From Chthoniobacteraceae bacterium (GTDB taxonomy: Bacteria > Verrucomicrobiota > Verrucomicrobiia > Chthoniobacterales > Chthoniobacteraceae): a DNA stretch of 38,335 bases. This document shows, one piece after another, positions 1-8,235 of the stretch (position 1 is the first letter of the stretch; each line of letters begins with the position of its first letter). The notes below the pieces were generated by a model. It saw only the letters and a list, made by a program, of their open reading frames with translations. It did not search any database and was not told the DNA's origin. Where the stretch lies: NCBI GenBank assembly GCA_040081625.1, contig JBEBGD010000048.1:1-38335 (forward strand). Reading direction: 5' to 3'. The position numbers and the translations under genes were made by a program.

Positions 1-85
1 CCACCCACCTGCCAACCCCTCACCATTCAAACTCACCAAATCACGCTCACCCGTAGTTGACACCTTTCATCGGGGTTTGGCGACT

Positions 86-670
86 TTATTGGCGTCGAAG
101 CGAGATGCCGGGATCAATCAAGCTAAAGTCGATGAGCGTGCCTGTGTAAAGCCGCCCGTCGATATTGTCTGCGGCGACGGACAGACTCATGTCCTCGCCG
201 CTCCCCTCGCGCTCGGCACGAAGTTCAATTTGGAGCGGGGTGGCTGAAGCAAGGCGGAAGACGAACAGATACCGAGGCAAGAAGTTGTTCGGGGCGTGCG
301 CCCGTCGGATGCGCGAGGCGAGTCCGTCGCTGCAATCGAGAGAAACCCAGTGATCGCTGCCGCCACGAAAGGTGAGTTGGATCCCTGTCCGGCTCCGATG
401 GAGGTCGAAATGCATCTCCTCGGTCCAGTAGAGTTGATGGGGGGCTGCTACGAGAGTGTCCTGAACGTCGATTGTGAGTTTGCGGGTAAGCGAAAGCGGG
501 TCGCGGGCGTCGAACTGCGTTGCTGTGGAATAATGCCCGAGGAGCTGTGCCTTACTGGTCTCGGCTTGCTGTTCGCGCTCTCGTTCGAGACGTTCCCGCG
601 TCCGCTGTTTTTTTTCGCCACACGCAGGGAGGACTGCTAACAGAAGTGGAATTAGAAAGCGTTCGTTCAC
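86..670 (-). CDS. hypothetical lipoprotein (orphan)
   Basis: 194 aa ORF, GTG start. The N-terminal hydrophobic stretch ends in a lipobox-like LPA-C followed by a charged helix. No family recognised. Codon usage looks less GC-biased than core genes. Confidence 0.6.
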   Translation of the reverse strand: MNERFLIPLLLAVLPACGEKKQRTRERLEREREQQAETSKAQLLGHYSTATQFDARDPLSLTRKLTIDVQDTLVAAPHQLYWTEEMHFDLHRSRTGIQLTFRGGSDHWVSLDCSDGLASRIRRAHAPNNFLPRYLFVFRLASATPLQIELRAEREGSGEDMSLSVAADNIDGRLYTGTLIDFSLIDPGISLRRQ

Positions 671-837
671 GAGAGAGCGTCGAAGTCGACTAACTCTGAA
701 TTCAGCGAAATGCCGGGTCCAGCGTTAAAGGCGGGGTTCGTTCGCATAAAATCGGGCGCGGGTTCATGTCTGCTCCGCGGTGGTTCGCAGAAAACCCGCG
801 CCCGGCCATGCACATGCAGGCCAGTCTGCGAAAAACG

Positions 838-1038
838 CTACGCCTCCGGTGGTTCCTCCCGCACGCTGGCAGATGGCTCCACGGGCTCCGGGAGCGGGGC
901 AAACTTCACGCCTCGGGCGCGTGCCTTCGCTTCTTCCGCGAGCACGTATTCAAATAGCTTGTTCAGATCGCCGCCCGTTTCCCGTGCGATGTCTTCGCGC
1001 GTCTTGCGGATTTCTTGGAGGATGGGGTTCGGTTTCAT
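838..1038 (-). CDS. putative small antitoxin partner of the PIN protein
   Basis: 66 aa, NPILQEIRKTREDIARETGGDLNKLFEY, resembling the small proteins commonly found downstream of this PIN subfamily. ATGA overlap with the PIN gene stop. Confidence 0.65.
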   Translation of the reverse strand: MKPNPILQEIRKTREDIARETGGDLNKLFEYVLAEEAKARARGVKFAPLPEPVEPSASVREEPPEA

Positions 1039-1514
1039 GGCTCAAGTTTCAGCAGATCGAACGGCGTGCAAATCGCCGGGCACGGCCACCCGGCGCGCGC
1101 GCAGACGCGCTCGATCTGCCGGCTGATGTCGATGTTGTGGATGTGCGTGCAGTTCCACGTCAGCAGCATATCCATCCGATGCACCGCAGCCACCGCGATA
1201 TGCGAGGCGTCCACCGCCGCCTTCATCGGGATCAAGCCCGAGGCCAGGATTTCCGAGGCGAGTTCCCGGACACTCTCCGTCACCGGAAGGCGCGGCAGAC
1301 CACCGGTCGCAGCGATTCGCGCCCGCGCCATCTCCGCATCCCCGCGTTCCGCCTCGATGTCCACAAACTGCGAAACGTAAAGCTCGTAAGCGTCCCGTCG
1401 GTGTTCCCACCACTCCCGCGTCGCCGCCTGTTGGCCACGCATGATGTCATCCCGGCTAGCGCGCGCGACGATGTAGCTCGGGATGGTGGTCTCGAGGTAG
1501 AGGCGCGGTTTCAC
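1035..1514 (-). CDS. PIN-domain (VapC-like) ribonuclease toxin
   Basis: YLETTIPSY N-terminal motif, SQFVDIEA, DASHIAVA and LLTWNCTHI PIN motifs. Start moved to the GTG at 1514. Confidence 0.85.
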   Translation of the reverse strand: MKPRLYLETTIPSYIVARASRDDIMRGQQAATREWWEHRRDAYELYVSQFVDIEAERGDAEMARARIAATGGLPRLPVTESVRELASEILASGLIPMKAAVDASHIAVAAVHRMDMLLTWNCTHIHNIDISRQIERVCARAGWPCPAICTPFDLLKLEP

Positions 1515-1566
1515 AAGCGCCGATGATCGTAACAATCAACGGAGAGGCGAAGCGAAATCGACCATT

Positions 1567-4383
1567 CTATTTCAGCGAGAGCACAAACGCCTTCACATCC
1601 TCTACCTCCTGCGGCTTGAGGATCAGCCCCATCGGCGGCATCGGCGACACGCCCAGCTTCTCGAAGCCCTCCGCCAGCTTCGCATTCGGCTCGAGCAGCG
1701 ACTGAATCAGATACGCCGCGTCCTTGCGCGACGCGATCCCATCGAGCGCCGGCCCGACTGTGCTCCCCTGCCCCCCGAGCACGTGGCAGATCTTGCAAGC
1801 CGCGACCGGGTGCTCCCAAAAGATTTTCTCCCCGCGCTTCGCATCGCCGACGAGCGCCTTCCCCGGCTCCGCGTCGGTCGGCAGCAGTTCGCACAGCTTC
1901 ACGTCATCGAAATACCCATCGCCCTTCGCGACGTGCAGGATGTTGATGCTCGCGCGCGTCCTCTCCTTGCTGTCGAACGTCGTCTCCACCTCCACCCATC
2001 CGGACTCGCGCGCCTTCACCTGCTCGGTCTCCGCGCGGCCGATGTGGTCGTTGAAGCTCACCTTGCCCCGCAGCGCGTGCGTCTTCACCCAGCCGCTGAG
2101 CCGATACATCGTGCGAGGCTTGATCGCGACCTCCTGGAAGAAGCTCGTGTCCGCGTCATCGCGCGTGACGCAGCGCAGCGCGTTCTTCCCGCCGTGCGCG
2201 TCGGCCACGATCTTCCACTCCGCGCCCGCGTTGCCCGGCTTGCTCCCGTAGTCGCGCCGCTTCCATCCGAGCGGCAGGCCCTTCGCGTCGATCTGCTCGA
2301 GCCCGCCGTTGGTGAGAAGGTTCGGCCCGTCCGCGAACGCGCTCGCGCCATGTTTCTTCCCGAGGATCTTCGCCGCCTCGCTCAGCCACTCGTCCTTTCG
2401 CACCGCGGGATCGACCGAGAGCTTGCCGACGAGCGTCTTGATCTCCGGCGTGGTCGCAAACTCCGCGAGCTTCACAAAAGCCGCGAGCCGCGTCGCGAGG
2501 TCGGGATCCGCAAACACCCCCGCTCCGAAAAACAGCGCCTGCGATCTCGCATCCGTGCCGAGCGAGCGCACCGCATTGCGGCGCAGCCGCGCTTCCTTCG
2601 CGAGCAACGCCGAGTGCAGCGTCGCCTCGTCCAGCGCGCCAAGCCCATGCAGCGCCCACAGCGCGTGGATCGCCCCGACCTCGCCGCTATTCCCGGTCAC
2701 CAGCTTCTTCAGCGCATCGGTCCCATCGGTCCGCTTCGTCTCCACGATCAACCGCTGCGCCATCAGCCTCCAATACTGCACGTCGTCTTTCAGCGCTGCC
2801 ACGAGATCGCCGGTGCTCGCGCCCGCGAGCGACTTCTTCACCGGCTTCGCATCCTTCCACACCACGCGATAAATCCGCCCGCGCGAATGATCGCGCAGCG
2901 CGTTCTCGTGCGCCCCGCCCACGCCCGTCGTCGCCGCGAAACCGCCGCGCTCCACACTCGGCGTCGGGTTGTGCTGGATGATGAAATTCTGCCAGTCCGC
3001 GATCCACACCGCCCCATCCGGCCCGACCTCCGCATACACCGGCGAAGTCCATTCATCGCTGCTCGCGAAGAGATTCATCCCATCGAGCGCCGTCCATCCC
3101 GCGCCATCCGCGCGCACATCCATCAGCGCCACCAGCTTCATCGTCGGCTCGCACACCATCGCCATGCCCTGCATCCGCGCCGGCAGATTCGCCGAGTAGA
3201 TGAACGCCGACCCCGCCGCCGACGTGTAACCGCCAAACACATCGACCTGTCGGAAGTTCGGCGTGATCGCATGCGCGAGGTCCACGACGTTTATCTTCTT
3301 CGCCGTCATCACGTTTACGCCGGCGGGCACCACGGTCTTCGGGATGCCGCCGAAAAAGATCGGCGCGCCGTTCGCTGTCCCGCCGAACTGGTCGCCCGCG
3401 TCGTTGTAACCATGCGCCCACGCGTTGTTCGTGAACTGGTGCAGGAACTCGACCGCCGACCCGTCCGCCTTGAACCGATACGTCCCCATCGCGAACTGCT
3501 GCTTCTTCCCATCGACCATCCGCTCGAAGCCCGAGTAACCGACGCAGCCGTAGAGCCAGTTATCGTAGCCGTAGTGCAGGTTGCTCGCCTGCGCGTGCGT
3601 GTCGCGCACGCCCCACGCATCCACGATCACCTCGCGCGCATCCGCCTTGTCGTCGCCATTCGTATCCTGGAGGAAGACGAAGCGCGGCGGCTGCGACACG
3701 ATCACACCGCCACGCGCGAACACGAGTCCGGTCGGGATGTTCAGCTTGTCCGCGAAGACCGTGAACTTGTCCGCGCGCCCGTCGCCGTCGGTGTCCTCGC
3801 AGATCTTGATCCGGTCATTGCCTTCGCCGCTCGCCGAGACGCCATGCGGATAATCAGACGTCTCCGCCAGCCACAACCGCCCGCGCTCATCCCAGGCAAA
3901 CGCGATCGGCTTCCCGATCTCCGGCTCGCTCGCGAACACCTCCAGACGGCAATCCGCCGGCACCTGCGTCCGCTCCATCGCGCCCTTCACGCTGAACGGC
4001 TTTTGGAAGGTCAGCGGCTCCGGCCGCTTCTCGTAATTCGCCACGAGCGTGTTCTTCTCCCGCACCTCCGGCTCGCGCTGATCGAGAAACTTCTGCCACG
4101 CCGCCCGCCGCTCCGTGCTGACTCCGGCGAGGATGCTCTCCCGCGTCAGCGCATCGCCCCGCGACAACACCACATCGTAGTGCTTCAGGAAATCCGCGTC
4201 CGGCTTCTTCGCGCCCGGCAGATAGTCGAAGTAGATCCCATCCCGTCCCATCTCCCTCATCGCCTCCGCGAGCGGCCCCACCTGCATCTTCTCCGCGCCA
4301 GTCGGGTCGAGATACAGCACGCGGATCGGATCTGCGAATGCGGCGGCAGCGAGAAGAAGCGAGAGAGCGAGAGTGCGAAGCAT
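1567..4383 (-). CDS. PVC-type membrane-bound dehydrogenase / heme-binding CxxCH protein (beta-propeller, HEAT repeats, CBM4/9-like module, cytochrome c)
   Basis: Signal peptide MLRTLALSLLLAAAAFA (ATG 4383). PVC dehydrogenase motifs FASEPEIGKPIAFAWDERGRLW, EDTDGDGRADK and GPDGAVWIADW. NLLTNGGLE CBM-like domain. C-terminal CKICH with GPALDGI. Confidence 0.85.
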   Translation of the reverse strand: MLRTLALSLLLAAAAFADPIRVLYLDPTGAEKMQVGPLAEAMREMGRDGIYFDYLPGAKKPDADFLKHYDVVLSRGDALTRESILAGVSTERRAAWQKFLDQREPEVREKNTLVANYEKRPEPLTFQKPFSVKGAMERTQVPADCRLEVFASEPEIGKPIAFAWDERGRLWLAETSDYPHGVSASGEGNDRIKICEDTDGDGRADKFTVFADKLNIPTGLVFARGGVIVSQPPRFVFLQDTNGDDKADAREVIVDAWGVRDTHAQASNLHYGYDNWLYGCVGYSGFERMVDGKKQQFAMGTYRFKADGSAVEFLHQFTNNAWAHGYNDAGDQFGGTANGAPIFFGGIPKTVVPAGVNVMTAKKINVVDLAHAITPNFRQVDVFGGYTSAAGSAFIYSANLPARMQGMAMVCEPTMKLVALMDVRADGAGWTALDGMNLFASSDEWTSPVYAEVGPDGAVWIADWQNFIIQHNPTPSVERGGFAATTGVGGAHENALRDHSRGRIYRVVWKDAKPVKKSLAGASTGDLVAALKDDVQYWRLMAQRLIVETKRTDGTDALKKLVTGNSGEVGAIHALWALHGLGALDEATLHSALLAKEARLRRNAVRSLGTDARSQALFFGAGVFADPDLATRLAAFVKLAEFATTPEIKTLVGKLSVDPAVRKDEWLSEAAKILGKKHGASAFADGPNLLTNGGLEQIDAKGLPLGWKRRDYGSKPGNAGAEWKIVADAHGGKNALRCVTRDDADTSFFQEVAIKPRTMYRLSGWVKTHALRGKVSFNDHIGRAETEQVKARESGWVEVETTFDSKERTRASINILHVAKGDGYFDDVKLCELLPTDAEPGKALVGDAKRGEKIFWEHPVAACKICHVLGGQGSTVGPALDGIASRKDAAYLIQSLLEPNAKLAEGFEKLGVSPMPPMGLILKPQEVEDVKAFVLSLK

Positions 4384-4453
4384 GGGGAATTGGATGCGAA
4401 ATTTACCTCGCCACCGCGGATTCCGGGAGGACATCCTTTGTGCCAAATCGGAC

Positions 4454-5221
4454 ATGCCGAAGAAACTTTCCGCCTCCCACGCCGCGCGCTCGCACTTCCT
4501 CGCCGCCCTCGCCCCCGAGCGTGCACACCACGTCGTGCTCGATCACCTGCCCGGCATCGCCTTCTTCGCAAAGGACCGCCACTCGCGCCTGATGGCCGCG
4601 AACCGCCAGTTCTACGAGCGCTTCGGATTCCGCACCGAGGCGAAGATCGTCGGCAAGACCGACTTCGACCTCTTCCCCGCGCGCCTCGCCGAGCACTTCC
4701 GGCAGGACGACGCCGAGGTGATGAAATCGGCCAAGCCCAAGCTCAACATCGTCGAGCTGTTCTTCGACCGGCAGGGCATCCCCGACTGGTTCATCACGCA
4801 CAAGTTTCCCGTCTTCGACCGCGCGGGCGAAGTTATCGGCGTGATGGGCGTCACGCAGAGCTACGCCGTCGCAAAGGAAGCGCTCCAGCCCTACCTCGCC
4901 ATCGACCGCGCCGTGACGTGCATCCGCGAGCGCTTCCGCGAGAAGCTCACCGTCCCGCAGCTCGCCGCCTACGTTCACCTCTCGCCGCGGCAGCTCCACC
5001 GGAAGTTCGTCGAGACCTTCGGCAGCAGCCCGCAGGCATTCATCTTGAAAGTGCGCATCCAGGCCGCGTGCGAACTGCTCCAGCACGGCGACCGCGCCAT
5101 CAGCGAAGTCGCCAGCGAATCCGGCTTCCCGGACCAGAGCGCGTTCACGCAGCATTTCCGCCGGCACATCGGCGTGACGCCGCGCGAATACCAGCGGCAG
5201 TTCCGACTAGTGCGGCGGTAA
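4454..5221 (+). CDS. AraC-family transcriptional regulator with N-terminal PAS domain
   Basis: PAS motifs FFAKD..SRLMAAN, GKTDFDLFP and VIGVMG. AraC HTH motifs LSPRQLHRKF and SGFPDQSAFTQHFRRHIGVTPREY. Start at ATG 4454. Confidence 0.9.
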   Translation: MPKKLSASHAARSHFLAALAPERAHHVVLDHLPGIAFFAKDRHSRLMAANRQFYERFGFRTEAKIVGKTDFDLFPARLAEHFRQDDAEVMKSAKPKLNIVELFFDRQGIPDWFITHKFPVFDRAGEVIGVMGVTQSYAVAKEALQPYLAIDRAVTCIRERFREKLTVPQLAAYVHLSPRQLHRKFVETFGSSPQAFILKVRIQAACELLQHGDRAISEVASESGFPDQSAFTQHFRRHIGVTPREYQRQFRLVRR

Positions 5222-5251
5222 ATCGCCAGCGAGAAATCCCGGTCGCAGCCC

Positions 5252-5371
5252 ATGCGCCTCGTCACTTCCCTCCTCGACTCCGACCGCAAACTTATCCGCG
5301 AGCGATTCGACTCGCTCGTGCCCGCCGGGGTCCTCGACGCGCACACGCACTTCGTCCACTCGCGGCATTGA
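5252..5371 (+). pseudogene. truncated N-terminal fragment of an amidohydrolase-family gene
   Basis: Not in the ORF track. Manual translation gives MRLVTSLLDSDRKLIRERFDSLVPAGVLDAHTHFVHSRH*, containing the amidohydrolase beta1 D-x-H-x-H metal motif, then an immediate stop. Confidence 0.6.
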
Positions 5372-5385
5372 GGGCGGCGCAGGCG

Positions 5386-6870
5386 CTACCCTTTGCGCTT
5401 GCCGCCCCCCGACGCAAACCACCCAACCGCCATCGTGATGCAGCATCCGATCATCGTGAACCACAGGAACGACACGAGCGGCGCGGGCGTCGCTCCGGGC
5501 ATCGGCGCGGTCTTGTAGAAAAAGAGGAAGATCAGCGCGACGAACCCCGCGAGACATCCGGCGAACGCGCCGCGTGCATTCACGCGTTTCGTAAAAACGC
5601 CGAGCAGGAACAGCCCGAGGAGCGGCCCGCCGACGAGGCCGATGATGCTGTTCACCGACTCGACGAGGTTCGTCTTCATCGCCGAGATGCCGAACGCGGC
5701 GGCGGTGACAATGACGCCGAAGAGCAGCGTGAGGCAGCGCGCGCGAATGATGAGTCCACGCTCGCTCACGGCATTTGGCGGCGTGAGCCGCTGGTAGAAA
5801 TCGCAGAGCGTCGCGGAGGTGAGCGAGTTCACGCCCGCGGAAACCGTGGACATGCTCGCGGCGAAGATCGCGGCGATGAGCAGACCGGGTAGCCCGACTG
5901 GAAGTTGCGTGACGACAAAGTAAGGCAGGATCTGGTCGCCTCGCGTGATCTGCCCGGCGGCGAGCGGGTCGCCGTGATGCTGGTAGAACGCATAGAGCAC
6001 GAGCCCGGTGCCGTAGAAAAGCACGAGCACCGGAAGAACCATCCACAGCTTGATCCACAGCGCACGCTGAGCCTCGCGCAGGCTGCCGGCGGTGAGGTAG
6101 CGCTGCACGGAAACCTGATCGGTCGCCATTTGAACGAGGCTGAGAAACGTGCCGCCGATGATGACCGACCAGAACGTGATGCGCTCGCGCGGATCGATCG
6201 AGAAGCTGAGCGCGAAGCGGTCGTTCGCCACGCAGGTGTCCCACACCCCGCCGAGGCCGCCGGGGATTTTCGTCGCGGCGACATAGGTGATGAGCATTTG
6301 TCCGCCGAAGAGCACGAAGAGCTGCATCACATCGGTCCAGATCACCGCCTTCATCCCGCCGAGCATCGTATAGACGGTCGTAACCAGGCCGGTGATGCAG
6401 ATCGTGAACCACAGCGGCATGCCCGTGACTTCCCTCAACGCGAGCGCAGGCGCGTAGGTGGCCGCCGCGAGCCAGAGCGACACGCGCAGGATGAAAAGGC
6501 CCGACGCAAACAAGCGGACTGCGAGCGAGAAGCGCTCCTCGAGGAACTGGTAAACGGTGATGTAGCGGCTGTTGCAAAAATGCGGCAGCAGCCAGATCGC
6601 GGTGAATGGTGTCGCGATGAAAAACGAGAGAAGGATCAGCGCGAAGCCGAAGCCGGAGGTGTAAACTTCGCTCGGCCCGGCGAGGAAACTGATGCCGGAG
6701 AAGAGCGCCGCGAGGATCGTCATCGCAACGACGAAGCGGTTCATATTCCGGCCCGCGAGGAAGTAGTCGTCGAGCGACTGCTGGCCGCGCGAAAACCAGA
6801 CGCCGATGAGCACCGACGCGGCGAGATAGGTGAAGAAGATGAGATAGTCCCAGCCGGCGAAGGTGGACAT
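5386..6870 (-). CDS. sodium:solute symporter (SSS family, sugar/sialic-acid-like branch)
   Basis: DDYFLAGRNM, SGISFLAGPSE, YTMLGGMKAVIWTDVMQ, DQVSVQRYLTA and AAIFAASMST motifs, with many TM helices. Start at ATG 6870. Confidence 0.92.
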   Translation of the reverse strand: MSTFAGWDYLIFFTYLAASVLIGVWFSRGQQSLDDYFLAGRNMNRFVVAMTILAALFSGISFLAGPSEVYTSGFGFALILLSFFIATPFTAIWLLPHFCNSRYITVYQFLEERFSLAVRLFASGLFILRVSLWLAAATYAPALALREVTGMPLWFTICITGLVTTVYTMLGGMKAVIWTDVMQLFVLFGGQMLITYVAATKIPGGLGGVWDTCVANDRFALSFSIDPRERITFWSVIIGGTFLSLVQMATDQVSVQRYLTAGSLREAQRALWIKLWMVLPVLVLFYGTGLVLYAFYQHHGDPLAAGQITRGDQILPYFVVTQLPVGLPGLLIAAIFAASMSTVSAGVNSLTSATLCDFYQRLTPPNAVSERGLIIRARCLTLLFGVIVTAAAFGISAMKTNLVESVNSIIGLVGGPLLGLFLLGVFTKRVNARGAFAGCLAGFVALIFLFFYKTAPMPGATPAPLVSFLWFTMIGCCITMAVGWFASGGGKRKG

Positions 6871-6879
6871 GGTGGAGGT

Positions 6880-6954
6880 GCGCAAAGACAACGGAGCGCG
6901 CACGCCGGCGGCAAGCGCAAAGACCACCAAAGTAGAGACTGGCCTGGACTGGCC
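6880..6954. promoter_or_regulatory. direct repeats in the divergent promoter region (candidate operator)
   Basis: GCGCAAAGAC at 6880-6889 and 6915-6924; GACTGGCC at 6937-6944 and 6947-6954. They lie between the divergent SSS and aldolase starts. Confidence 0.3.
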
Positions 6955-6977
6955 GCAGCCACGTAGCGTGCAGGCCG

Positions 6978-7766
6978 ATGAGAAAATCAAAGATCAAAGC
7001 GAAGCTCGAAAGCGGCGGAGTCGCGCGCATCGCAGCGCTCGGCAGCTTCATTCCATTTTATCCGCACATGGCGGCGCACTTCGGCTACGACGGTGTGTGG
7101 TGCTGCGCCGAGCACAAGGCGTGGGATCCGCGTCAGGCCGAGACGATCATCGCGCAGCACCGGCTCGCGGACATCGATTGCGTCTGGCGCCCGGCGACGA
7201 CCGAGCGCGCACAGCTTTCGCGGATACTCGAGGACGGGGCGGCGGCGCTGATGATCCCGATGGTGAATACGCCGGAGCAGGCGCGGCAGCTCGTCGCGGC
7301 TACGAAGTTTCCGCCGATCGGCGACCGCGGCCTCGACGGCGCGGGGATGGACGGAAATTTCTACCTCAACAAAGCCGCCGACTACACCGAGCAGGCGAAC
7401 CGCGAAACGCTGCTCGTCGTGCAGATCGAGTCGCCGCTCGCGCTCGACAACGCCGCGGAGATCGCCGCGACTCCGGGCGTGGATGTGCTCTTCATGGGGC
7501 CGGGCGACCTGTCGCTGCGGCTCGGGTGCTCCGGTGCGATCGTCGAGCCGAAGATCCAGGCGGCGATCAAGCGGATGGCGGCGGCATGTGACGCTGCGGG
7601 CAAGCCGTGGGGCTTCCCGTGCAGCGATCCGAATCACGCGCGCATCGCGGTGGAGATGGGCTGCCGCTTTCTCGCGTTCGGCGGGGACTTCTGGGGTCTG
7701 CACGGCTATCTCCAACGCTGCGGTCAACAGCTCGATGAAATCCTCGGAGCCGCTCCCTTATCCTGA
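6978..7766 (+). CDS. HpcH/HpaI-family class II pyruvate aldolase
   Basis: AEH motif, IPMVNTPEQA, KFPPIGDRG, VVQIES and DVLFMGPGDLS. Confidence 0.9.
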   Translation: MRKSKIKAKLESGGVARIAALGSFIPFYPHMAAHFGYDGVWCCAEHKAWDPRQAETIIAQHRLADIDCVWRPATTERAQLSRILEDGAAALMIPMVNTPEQARQLVAATKFPPIGDRGLDGAGMDGNFYLNKAADYTEQANRETLLVVQIESPLALDNAAEIAATPGVDVLFMGPGDLSLRLGCSGAIVEPKIQAAIKRMAAACDAAGKPWGFPCSDPNHARIAVEMGCRFLAFGGDFWGLHGYLQRCGQQLDEILGAAPLS

Positions 7767-8235
7767 CACCAAGCCCGTCGGCGCGGCGGACTTTTACTTC
7801 GCGATCAACGCGACGTTCCGCTTCATCCTCGCGCGCTTCGGCGGCGCCGGGCTGCGGCGATACTGGCGCGAGATCGGGAGCGGCTACTACGCGCCGGTGA
7901 CGCAGCGATGGCAGGGCGGACTCGGCGCGGTGGCGGAATATTGGCGCGCGTTCTTCGCGGCGGAGCCGGGCGCGGAGGTGGAAGTCCACGCGGCGGCGGA
8001 TGAGGTGCGCGTCGAGGTGAAGACATGCCCGATGATCAGACATCTGCGCGAGAACGGGCGCGAGATCGTGCCGTGCTTTTGCCAGCACTGCTTTTACGTG
8101 AGCGACGCGATCGGCGAGGGCGCCGACATCGCAGTGCGTGTGAGTGGAGGCAACGGCGCGTGCGTGCAGCGCTTCGCGCCGCGCACTCCGCAACTCGCGC
8201 CGCAAGACCTGTCGCAGATCGAGGAGGCGCGATGA
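7735..8235 (+). CDS. hypothetical Cys-rich V4R/ATC-hydrolase-like protein (paralog A)
   Basis: ATG 7735 overlaps the aldolase end. Motifs DFYFAINATF...RYW, CP...CFCQHC and GACVQRF. Confidence 0.7.
   Translation: MKSSEPLPYPDTKPVGAADFYFAINATFRFILARFGGAGLRRYWREIGSGYYAPVTQRWQGGLGAVAEYWRAFFAAEPGAEVEVHAAADEVRVEVKTCPMIRHLRENGREIVPCFCQHCFYVSDAIGEGADIAVRVSGGNGACVQRFAPRTPQLAPQDLSQIEEAR

Noticed and set aside
1..85. C/A-skewed stretch with three CTCACC repeats and GTCAACTAC on the minus strand (reminiscent of IS200/605-IscB ends)
   Set aside because: Truncated by the window edge, no following hairpin and no associated transposase or nuclease. Cannot be supported.
4429..4455. Sigma54-like TGGCAC box (minus strand) and GGACAT repeat at 21-bp spacing
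   Set aside because: The -12 element reads ATGT rather than TTGC, and the second repeat includes the AraC start codon. Too weak to call.
1783..5892. 1369-aa plus-strand ORF
   Set aside because: Arg/Ala/His-rich antisense or off-frame shadow of the dehydrogenase, AraC and SSS genes. Expected in high-GC DNA and has no motifs.
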